A DNA stretch of 64,000 nt. It comes from Candidatus Poseidoniales archaeon. Its GTDB lineage: Archaea > Thermoplasmatota > Poseidoniia > MGIII > CG-Epi1. The notes beneath the pieces were generated by a model. The model had not been told where the DNA came from. It ran no database searches and was given only the letters and a program-made list of their open reading frames with translations. The translations under genes were made by a program, and so were the position numbers. Positions 1-7,761 of this stretch are shown here, piece by piece. How positions within the stretch are numbered: position 1 is the stretch's first letter; each line of letters begins with the position of its first letter. The stretch is from assembly GCA_045567915.1 (NCBI GenBank), contig JBJLCA010000036.1, forward strand, positions 3,410-67,409. The letters are read 5' to 3'.

Positions 1-1
1 A

Positions 2-802
2 AAAGAAGAAGTTGTTAACAAAAAAATTCGAGTTGTAATTAATGAAACTCTGGCTGAACATGCACTAATTGCACATGTGGATTTAGATGATTCTAAGACT
101 TCATTCAGTAGTATTACAACGGCTAACAATAGAACAAAGCCAAAACAATTGAATAATATTGATTCTTTTCAGCAAGAATTTGAAGTTGATTTTCATCAAC
201 ATGATGTTCAAGAGACAAATCTGCCTACGATGCGTCCTTTAGCGCTTGTAGAAAATAAATACATAGTTGCCTTAGGTTTAGACGGAGTATTCATTATTGA
301 TTTCCATGCAGCCCACGAAAGAGTAATGTATGAAAGATTAAAAGATCAAATGAGATTTAAGAGGATTGGAAGTCAAAGTTTACTTGCTCCTATTTCTTTA
401 GAACTATCAAAAAGTGAAACGAGTGCATTCGAAAAAATGCTCCCTAAAGTAAATGAAATGGGCTTCGAAGCTGAAAAATTTGGGCCTTCATCATTCATGA
501 TTAGAAGCGTACCTGCACTATTAGCTGGTTCAGAGCCTGATAGAATAAGAGAAGCTATTGATGACGTAGTAGAGAGTGGATCAATGAAATCTGCTGAGGA
601 CAAGCACCAACACATGATGTACACTGTAGCATGTCATTCTGCGCTCCGTGCCGGAGACAAATTAACTATGGCTCAAATGGAATTTGTCATAAGAGAGATG
701 GAATCCATTCCAAATCCTTATGCTTGTGTACATGGAAGACCTACCGTGATGACTATTACTCCTGATGAATTAGATAAGAAATTCAAACGAAGTGGATTCT
801 AA
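2..802 (+). CDS. mutL: DNA mismatch repair protein MutL, C-terminal part (gene starts upstream of the window)
   Basis: The frame of listed ORF 77..802 stays open back to nt 2 (KEEVVNKKIRVVINETLAEHALIAH...), so the GTG at 77 is internal. MutL C-terminal motifs 'FIIDFHAAHERVMYERL', 'ACHSALRAGDKL', 'ACVHGRPT'. Confidence 0.8.
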   Translation, partial: KEEVVNKKIRVVINETLAEHALIAHVDLDDSKTSFSSITTANNRTKPKQLNNIDSFQQEFEVDFHQHDVQETNLPTMRPLALVENKYIVALGLDGVFIIDFHAAHERVMYERLKDQMRFKRIGSQSLLAPISLELSKSETSAFEKMLPKVNEMGFEAEKFGPSSFMIRSVPALLAGSEPDRIREAIDDVVESGSMKSAEDKHQHMMYTVACHSALRAGDKLTMAQMEFVIREMESIPNPYACVHGRPTVMTITPDELDKKFKRSGF

Positions 803-3426
803 TTACTGCTTGACTCTAGATTACCGAACTGATAGAGTAGGGCTGGAAGCATAATTACTGCAGCTACAAAGGACAAAAATATCATAACTGCCATTATTAA
901 TCCAAAAGTCACAAACAAAGGCATAATTGACAAAGCTAAGACCATAAATCCAATGAAATCTGTGAATGCTGACATCGCCACATTATTTCCTGTTTCATCT
1001 AAACTTTCTTCCATCCAATCTTCTTGACTACCTGAAGGATTCTCAAAGCGAGCTTCGCGAACTCTCTGGACCATATGAATTGCATAATCTACACCAAGAC
1101 CTATTGCTAAACTAGATATCTGAACTGTAACCAAGTTTACTGGAGTGTCTGAAAGAACCATACCGCCTCTCAACCACAATGTAATTGCAATAACTGGAAG
1201 AATTGTAATCAAACTTAATCTTACATCTCTAAGAACAATCAATACTATTATGAATGCTAAAATAATTGCAACTACTAAACTTTCTTGAAAACTATCTGTT
1301 ATTTCTAGCATGTAAACATATCTTTCATAGCTTAATCCTGCTACTTGGACTGAAACTCCGTCAATTGCGTTCAAATCTGAGGATGATGCATCTAAATCTA
1401 CTTTCAAATCCATCATGGCACCATAGATATCATCTGGACGTTCAACCTGGAACCAAGACCTAGCCATAGTCATGTTACCGTCTTCAAGAAGATACAATTC
1501 TCTGGCTGTTGATGGTGAAATGAAGAAATTACCGTCCAAATTAACTGTCCCATTATTGTAAACATCGTTCAATACATTGTATATCTCATCTTCAGATGTA
1601 GGAAAACCTGTTGCGGGATCTACTGTTTTAGGAACATATCCTGAATCAGGAACATTGAGTGCCAGAAGTGTTTGAGTACGAACAACATACGGAATACTAC
1701 CGAGCCAAGTTGCTGTAGGACTGTAAGTTCCTACGTCTGTTTCCATATTATCAATCTCTACCAAAATTTCATGTTTTGCTAAATTTTCACCTTCGATAAG
1801 ATAGTATCCTGGTTCACCATTTTCAGTAAATGTAGCTTGACCGAGAGAAACTGTCTGAATAAAACGAGAATCATTATCGGCATAATCTTTAACGTCAAAA
1901 CGTGATTCTGGGTTACCAAGTACAAGAGGCGATAATGCCACACTAATTATCAGAAATACGATTAACATCGGCATTGATTTGTTAACCATAACTGAAGACA
2001 GTTTTTTCACACTAAAAAATTGGCCAATGCTTGAGAATATGCTATTTTCAGATTCAAAACTTGCCTCTGCAGGTGGGAAGTAACTTCTAAAAATAGGAAC
2101 AAAAACGCCCATAATCAGATAAGCCTGAATAATTCCAAGAGGTCCTAAAATACCCCATTCGTAAAGATCGGGAATCTCACTCAGTGTAGCCGTACCAAAT
2201 GCTACAACTGTAGTTAACGTTGCAACTCCTAGTGCAGGGAATAATGACTTGATAGCTCCTAAAGCGCCGAGGAAGCTAGCTTCCCTCGGATGGGTAGAGA
2301 AAAGAGGATTCTCTAATGTAAGCCTACGCCATCTTGTAAGACTGTGAATAACGAAATCTACCCCTAAAGCTAGCATTAGAATTGGAAGCATTGCAGCTAA
2401 TTGCGTTTGGGGAAAACCTAACCAAAAGGAATTCGCAGTCATACAAACCATAACTAATGCCAATCCTAAACCACTTACCAAAACATCTGCTATATTCCTG
2501 AAGTAGAAAGATAAAAGAGCAACCATTAAGAAAAAAGAAAGACCTATCAGAGGTGCTGTCGAATTAATTTGATCTTCAAGTTCCAAACCAAATGCTAAAT
2601 ATGAATAAAAATTAACTTCTTCACTAGATTCTAACTCATCTAAATAATAAGAATCAACCTTCTTTTCCCAATACTCAAAGTGCTCATAGTCTCCTTTTTG
2701 TCTAGGATAGTCGGAGTAAAGTCTTGAAGAATTAGCTTCTCCAACCATTGAAAAACCTTTGGATTTCCATTCTGTATCTGGTAAGGCCACATACTCTGTT
2801 GCATTCCCTTCCAAATCTTTAGGCTTTACACATTCATCATCTTCTATAACGCATAAATCTGGAGATACTATTTGCCTGTATGGAAATGACCCATCATCTG
2901 CTCTAAAATTAAAAAGTTGATTTAATACAAAAGTAAGATCTTCCTGTCCTGCATTATCAAAATCTGAGCCCGTATAACTTATCTGAGCGGTAACTGGAGT
3001 TTCATTGTTCATAACCGAACGAACTGTGTCTGCAATTCCCCAAATTGAAGATAACTCATTTTGTGAAGTTTGCCAGTTAAACTTAGTATCAAAGTATTGA
3101 CTAGTGATATTATCTGCTCTTAATTGATCATTTCGCTTTACAGTCTCTCTAAAAACATCCATTTTTAGAGTATTATGATTTTCAGAATCTACTGAATTGC
3201 CCATTACAATTTGGAAGATTAGCCAATATTCTTCAGGCATATTTTCTTCGGCTCTATCTGAAGCTTTCCAAACTTCACTTTCAGGATATGAAAAGTCTTC
3301 TCTTTGACTCATTTCCCTGCCAAGATCTGGTGAAAAACCTGCAAAGATGAAAACAAAGAAAGCTGCAAACGCAAACATTGTTAACTGCCAGCGCTTTTTT
3401 GAAGAATAACTCCTGTTCATAACCAA
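799..3426 (-). CDS. RND-superfamily exporter (MMPL / COG1033-like membrane protein)
   Basis: 875 aa. N-terminal TM, large extracytoplasmic loop, hydrophobic bundle, second large loop, second bundle with 'SLAIGLGVDYAIHMVQRVRE', typical of MMPL/SSD exporters. 4-nt convergent stop overlap with mutL. Confidence 0.65.
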   Translation of the reverse strand: MVMNRSYSSKKRWQLTMFAFAAFFVFIFAGFSPDLGREMSQREDFSYPESEVWKASDRAEENMPEEYWLIFQIVMGNSVDSENHNTLKMDVFRETVKRNDQLRADNITSQYFDTKFNWQTSQNELSSIWGIADTVRSVMNNETPVTAQISYTGSDFDNAGQEDLTFVLNQLFNFRADDGSFPYRQIVSPDLCVIEDDECVKPKDLEGNATEYVALPDTEWKSKGFSMVGEANSSRLYSDYPRQKGDYEHFEYWEKKVDSYYLDELESSEEVNFYSYLAFGLELEDQINSTAPLIGLSFFLMVALLSFYFRNIADVLVSGLGLALVMVCMTANSFWLGFPQTQLAAMLPILMLALGVDFVIHSLTRWRRLTLENPLFSTHPREASFLGALGAIKSLFPALGVATLTTVVAFGTATLSEIPDLYEWGILGPLGIIQAYLIMGVFVPIFRSYFPPAEASFESENSIFSSIGQFFSVKKLSSVMVNKSMPMLIVFLIISVALSPLVLGNPESRFDVKDYADNDSRFIQTVSLGQATFTENGEPGYYLIEGENLAKHEILVEIDNMETDVGTYSPTATWLGSIPYVVRTQTLLALNVPDSGYVPKTVDPATGFPTSEDEIYNVLNDVYNNGTVNLDGNFFISPSTARELYLLEDGNMTMARSWFQVERPDDIYGAMMDLKVDLDASSSDLNAIDGVSVQVAGLSYERYVYMLEITDSFQESLVVAIILAFIIVLIVLRDVRLSLITILPVIAITLWLRGGMVLSDTPVNLVTVQISSLAIGLGVDYAIHMVQRVREARFENPSGSQEDWMEESLDETGNNVAMSAFTDFIGFMVLALSIMPLFVTFGLIMAVMIFLSFVAAVIMLPALLYQFGNLESSSN

Positions 3427-3457
3427 TTTCTACTGGTCTATTATTAAAAGTATTTAC

Positions 3458-3955
3458 CTAATGCTTAACGTTTGGGACTAATTGAGATGCAAAATGTTCA
3501 TATTCCTCTCCTAAATGAATATAGCACCTAACCCAAGGATAAAATCTGCCATCTTGGGCTTCGATAAACTTCCAAACATGCCCTTCACCTTCTAAATCTT
3601 CTGCAAGTAAAATATCACCTCGACGGATGATAACTTTGTGTTCAGAATCTTCTAAGGCTACTCCACAACTCTTGAATTCTAAACAACCACTTAATGATAA
3701 TACTAATTGCTTTCTAGGCGCCGTGTGAGCTAACTTAGGACCTTCACCCTCTACGTTGTCGGGAACTGGAGTTACAGCAAATTGAGTTTTCACATCGCCT
3801 GTATTATCTTCAAGATTCTTATTCACTAGTAAAGAAGAAAATAATCCCACTGAGCCTAGACCTGTTTTTGGCTCTATTGGAATTTGCATCTTAGCAAATC
3901 TAGTGTGACCACTGCTGTCAGTGTACATTCTGACCACTGGTATACCCTCTGTCAT
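3458..3955 (-). CDS. Hypothetical protein, possibly cupin-fold
   Basis: 165-aa ORF filling the gap between two genes on the same strand. Beta-rich sequence with 'RRGDILLAEDLEGEGHVWKF' reminiscent of a cupin core. No strong signature. Confidence 0.4.
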   Translation of the reverse strand: MTEGIPVVRMYTDSSGHTRFAKMQIPIEPKTGLGSVGLFSSLLVNKNLEDNTGDVKTQFAVTPVPDNVEGEGPKLAHTAPRKQLVLSLSGCLEFKSCGVALEDSEHKVIIRRGDILLAEDLEGEGHVWKFIEAQDGRFYPWVRCYIHLGEEYEHFASQLVPNVKH

Positions 3956-3985
3956 AGCAGAGAGGTACCAACCAGTTATTTACGT

Positions 3986-6766
3986 TTAGTGGACTCTGCG
4001 GCGTAGACCAGCTGCGCCAACCAAAACTAATGAACCGACTACGAAGCCAATACTTGGTACTTCTTCATCTTCTATTGCTTGTTGAATTGGATCATCTGTT
4101 CCATTACCAACTGTAATTTGACCAACCATACCTAGTTGAGCGTGTGGTTCACAAACGTAGTAGTGGACTTTGTCATTTTCTGTGAAAGTGTGCCTGTAAT
4201 CAACGGTCATTGCAGGTTCTCCGCTACTAAATCCAAAGTTAATATTTGTTAGATTCATAGTTGAGTCGTATTCTCCTTCTAACTCAAGAACGTTGTGCGC
4301 CATTGATGCATCTTTCCATTGCCAGCATACTGTTTCACCAGCCTTAATTGCTAACTTGACTGGATCGAAAGCCATACCGTCTGCAGATAATCCAACAACA
4401 TAATCACAATCAGGTTGTGGTTCTGCTTTAGCAAAGGTAATCTTTACTGGACCTGAACCGGTCATAACTCCTTCATCATCTACATCACAGTTATCACAAC
4501 TAATGAATTCATATCCTTCAAGCATTTCAATTTTTAATGTCCAAACTTGTTCATCTTCGAATGGAATGTATGCCTCATGAGTATCCAATGAATTATCTAC
4601 ACCTTCGAAAGAAATCTTGAACTCGAAAGAACAAGACAAAGGATGGTCTTCGTTATCTGAAACACTTCCTAACAAATGAGGATCATCTGCTGAAGGTCTG
4701 CAATTATCTCCTGCATCCTGCGGATCTTGAATTCCAGCAATTCCATCCAGCATTGCTGGATTGTCGTCGCTGTCATTATCATCGTTATCGCCGTGGTCAT
4801 CATGGTCATCGTTATCGTGATTATCGTGATCGCCGTGGTCATCATGGTCGTCGTTATCGTGATGTTCATCAGGCCTTCCGCCTGTTACATAATGATCGTT
4901 ACTTGCTGAATTTTCATAATCTGGACTCTGACCAAAGTCATCTGTACAGAAATACATTGTACTGTTCATGCCATTACCGTGAACTTCACAATAATACCAC
5001 CAGTCGTCAAATCCATTAGCACCGTCATCATTGCTCGTACAATACCATCTCATGTCACCATCTTGCAGTGATGAATCTCCTTCCCACTCACAGTAGTTCC
5101 ATGAAGCCCAATCCCCATCATGGTGGTCATCATGGTGGTCGTCATGGTGGTCGAAGAAGCCTTCGTCAGCCATTGCATATAGTATATCTAATACATTCTC
5201 TGCAGCCGTTGTTGCGTTCATGTCACCGTCTTCATAGGCTGTCATATTTTCCATAAGTGCGAAAACAAGTTCAAATGAGTCCATCATATCATCACAATCT
5301 ATTACGTTGTCATCTTCATCGTAACATTCTGGTTCATAATCTGGATATTCAGGATAAGGCATGTGTATTCTATCATTACCTTCGACTAATGTCTCGGTCC
5401 CATTATCATCATCATTATAGCTAAAGTAAGCATTGCGAACTTTGCCATCCCACTCTGATACAGTTGTACCATCGGAAGTCTGGACCATATTCATGAATAA
5501 GACGTCATGATTTCCATCAAATGCTGTAACTAATGTGTAATTTCCTGGAGTCAATTCAACATCCATAATAGCTCTGTTACAGTCTTCCATGCTATCTGGA
5601 CATTCTGGGTCATTATTGTAGTCTGCTGATGCTGAACCAACTAATCCCGATTCTGTATCTGAAGAATCGAAGTTCTCATACAAGTAAATAGAAGGAGAAG
5701 ATCCATAACAGTAGTCGTATTCTCCGTCTCTATCATAATCATGACAAGCAGTAGAATAAGACACAAATGTTCCTTCGAATCCGTCTTCGCCTACAGTAAA
5801 TGCGTGTTCATCATAAAGTACAAAATTTCCAAGTATGCTGTCATGATTTAGATTCATCACTTCTGAAAAGTCTGCCATTGGATGTCCTGAAGATACATTT
5901 CCAGACATATTCATAGATGTTCCATCTTCCATGTGCATAATATGCATGTAGTTACCCGTTTCACAGTCCATTTCCTCATCATCATATGAGTAGCATTGTC
6001 CTACTGTTACCAAGGTGTAAGTATCTCCTGCTACTAAATTAGCAGGTATGAAATTGTTACATTCGGTATCTGTTTTGTTATCGTCTTTCCAAAAACAATT
6101 ATAGACTTCAGGAGACATGAAACCATCATGGTCTGGAGTTAGTTCGGTTCCAAGAGAATCACCTGTAAATTCACCAGATAATAGGTAAATATTTCCATGC
6201 CAGTAATTAGTATCATTATGGTATTCATCTTCACCGTCATCACAATTCCAATTTCCGTTGTTAACTTGGTTTATCCATACTTTAGTGCCGTCATGACAAT
6301 CAAACCAATTAACTTCTTCACCTACACAATCACTGTCATTCCATTCCTGACAATCATCTGAGGTATCATTTGGTGTATTGCTATCATACCATTGCTCATC
6401 TGCACCATCATCACAGTCACCAGATCCATCATTTACATGGTAGAATGGAATTTCATTTCCATTGCCACAAATGAAATTTGACGAAACAATGTAATCCATT
6501 AGAAAATGTGAAATAATCTTTACATTACCGCCCATTTCTGGCGTAAATGTGTATAAATCATACTTTCCTTGATCCCGATCATTTGATGGGCCTCCATCGG
6601 TTCCATCGTCATTGTCATCATCGTTGAACATGCTTTGAATAGCATTGTTTGACATAAATTCTTCTGCAGTAATATCGCCATCTTCATAAGCAAACATTGC
6701 ATAAAAGAAATTACCGTCATCGTCATGGGGAATCACATGCATTTGGATTATCATTACAGTAATCAT
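3986..6766 (-). CDS. Acidic Cys/His/Asp-rich surface protein (anchor-bearing part): LDLa-like Ca-binding motifs, His-Asp repeats, C-terminal plastocyanin-like cupredoxin, PGF-CTERM-like tail
   Basis: 'NDGSGDCDDGADE' and 'NNGNWNCDDGEDE'. 'FFDHHDDHHDDHHDG' and 'DEHHDNDDHDDHGDHDNHDNDDHDDHGDNDD'. Type-1 Cu set 'MAHNV...YYVCEPHAQLGMVGQITVG'. Tail 'EEVPSIGFVVGSLVLVGAAGLRRRVH'. There is no signal peptide at the listed start, so this is probably the continuation of ORF 6723..7604 (see findings). Confidence 0.7.
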   Translation of the reverse strand: MITVMIIQMHVIPHDDDGNFFYAMFAYEDGDITAEEFMSNNAIQSMFNDDDNDDGTDGGPSNDRDQGKYDLYTFTPEMGGNVKIISHFLMDYIVSSNFICGNGNEIPFYHVNDGSGDCDDGADEQWYDSNTPNDTSDDCQEWNDSDCVGEEVNWFDCHDGTKVWINQVNNGNWNCDDGEDEYHNDTNYWHGNIYLLSGEFTGDSLGTELTPDHDGFMSPEVYNCFWKDDNKTDTECNNFIPANLVAGDTYTLVTVGQCYSYDDEEMDCETGNYMHIMHMEDGTSMNMSGNVSSGHPMADFSEVMNLNHDSILGNFVLYDEHAFTVGEDGFEGTFVSYSTACHDYDRDGEYDYCYGSSPSIYLYENFDSSDTESGLVGSASADYNNDPECPDSMEDCNRAIMDVELTPGNYTLVTAFDGNHDVLFMNMVQTSDGTTVSEWDGKVRNAYFSYNDDDNGTETLVEGNDRIHMPYPEYPDYEPECYDEDDNVIDCDDMMDSFELVFALMENMTAYEDGDMNATTAAENVLDILYAMADEGFFDHHDDHHDDHHDGDWASWNYCEWEGDSSLQDGDMRWYCTSNDDGANGFDDWWYYCEVHGNGMNSTMYFCTDDFGQSPDYENSASNDHYVTGGRPDEHHDNDDHDDHGDHDNHDNDDHDDHGDNDDNDSDDNPAMLDGIAGIQDPQDAGDNCRPSADDPHLLGSVSDNEDHPLSCSFEFKISFEGVDNSLDTHEAYIPFEDEQVWTLKIEMLEGYEFISCDNCDVDDEGVMTGSGPVKITFAKAEPQPDCDYVVGLSADGMAFDPVKLAIKAGETVCWQWKDASMAHNVLELEGEYDSTMNLTNINFGFSSGEPAMTVDYRHTFTENDKVHYYVCEPHAQLGMVGQITVGNGTDDPIQQAIEDEEVPSIGFVVGSLVLVGAAGLRRRVH

Positions 6767-7604
6767 ACATCATTCTCTGACATGACATCCCTGCCATATC
6801 GTTGTCCAAACAATCTTCCATCATATCACATTCGTCATCTGTTAATCCAGGCGGACAATTCCAATCATCGTGGTCGCCATGGCCGCCATGGTCATCGTCG
6901 TCTCCCATCATCAAGAACTGTTCGTAACAATCTTGTGTGATTTCGTCTCCACTACCACCCATCATGTCTGCACAAAATTGTGCTAAATCTTCTCTAAAAT
7001 TGTTAGACTCATCTACAGGATAATCACCTTCTAAAGTTACTAACCAATCCCCTAAACTTTCCATTTTAATGTGTACACGTAAGTTTTCGATATCCCAATT
7101 ATCATCACTGCGGTCATCACCATCATTAGGTCCACTATTTGCTGAAACCCACATTAATCCTGCTTCATTACAAGCTTCTGGAGTAGTTATTGAAAAATCA
7201 ATTTCATGAGTGTCAATGTCGTAACATACCATCATTGAGTCAGGTCCATCATCGGGACTTGTAACCTCTGAAACAAATCTCTGGTACTCATTTTCGTCTA
7301 TGACTCCATCATCGCCGCTGTATTGATCAAAGATACTCCTACATTGATCCTCAGATTGGTCTTCAGGACAAATGGTCATCAATTCGTTAAATTCTATGGT
7401 ACCATTGCCATTTTCATCCAAATCTGAAAATGATGGAAGACCGTGGTCATTGTGATCTCCGTTATCTTCATCATGATCGTTGTCATGTTCTTCGTCATCA
7501 TGATTTTCGTGGTCTGCACTTGCATTGTAAGCTGGGATAGCTACAAATGCACTCAATACCATCATGAAAATTACTGCTAGCGCTGCTAGTCTGCTTAAGT
7601 TCAT
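6723..7604 (-). CDS. Acidic secreted protein (signal-peptide-bearing part) with canonical EF-hand loop and His/Asp-rich stretches
   Basis: Signal peptide 'MNLSRLAALAVIFMMVLSAFVAIPAYNASA'. EF-hand loop 'DENGNGTIEFNE' (nt 7383-7418). 'DDDDHGGHGDHDD'. Cys-rich C-terminus. No anchor. Overlaps the next ORF by 44 nt in another frame. Confidence 0.7.
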   Translation of the reverse strand: MNLSRLAALAVIFMMVLSAFVAIPAYNASADHENHDDEEHDNDHDEDNGDHNDHGLPSFSDLDENGNGTIEFNELMTICPEDQSEDQCRSIFDQYSGDDGVIDENEYQRFVSEVTSPDDGPDSMMVCYDIDTHEIDFSITTPEACNEAGLMWVSANSGPNDGDDRSDDNWDIENLRVHIKMESLGDWLVTLEGDYPVDESNNFREDLAQFCADMMGGSGDEITQDCYEQFLMMGDDDDHGGHGDHDDWNCPPGLTDDECDMMEDCLDNDMAGMSCQRMMYDYCNDNPNACDSP

Positions 7605-7623
7605 GAATATTTCTAGTTGAAGG

Positions 7624-7693
7624 CATATATATAGATTGAGCCTTTAACATATATATGATTGAGCCTTTAACATATATATGATTGAGCCTTTAA
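7624..7693 (-). repeat. Three tandem copies of a 23/24-bp unit (gene strand: TTAAAGGCTCAATC(A)TATATATATG) directly upstream of the ATG at 7604
   Basis: Copies at 7624-7647 (24 nt, one extra base), 7648-7670 and 7671-7693; copies 2 and 3 are identical. Each contains a TATATATA element. The proximal one lies about -20 to -30 from the ATG. Confidence 0.9.
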
Positions 7694-7726
7694 TTAGGCG
7701 TTCCTAAAAGTTGCTCAAACACTGTT

Positions 7727-7746
7727 GGGAGCGGGTGAGCGCTCCC
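7727..7746 (-). terminator. GC-rich hairpin 16 nt downstream of the stop of gene 7762..9678
   Basis: GGGAGCG (7727-7733) pairs with CGCTCCC (7740-7746), with a 6-nt loop. Conspicuously GC-rich in an AT-rich context. A T-run (CTTTTAGG on the gene strand) follows about 17 nt further. Confidence 0.45.
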
Positions 7747-7761
7747 TAGTGTATGTTGTCT

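Noticed and set aside
799-802. Identical 4-nt convergent stop overlaps 'CTAA' at 799-802, 19907-19910 and 38577-38580, plus a shared 11-mer GTGGATTCTAA at the ends of mutL and the coxD-like gene
   Set aside because: CTAA simply encodes TAA on one strand and TAG on the other. This is consistent with extreme genome compaction, and 11-mer matches are expected by chance in 64 kb of AT-rich DNA.
4669-5256. Cluster of 60-88-aa ORFs in several frames (for example 4753..5019 and 5068..5256) with bizarre repetitive translations
   Set aside because: They are alternative-frame or antisense readings of the His-Asp repeat DNA inside the 926-aa gene. The repeats suppress stop codons in all frames.
7624-7693. 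Tandem repeat considered as a mini CRISPR array
   Set aside because: The units are directly adjacent with no spacers, there are only three copies, there are no cas genes, and the array sits exactly at promoter distance from a start codon.
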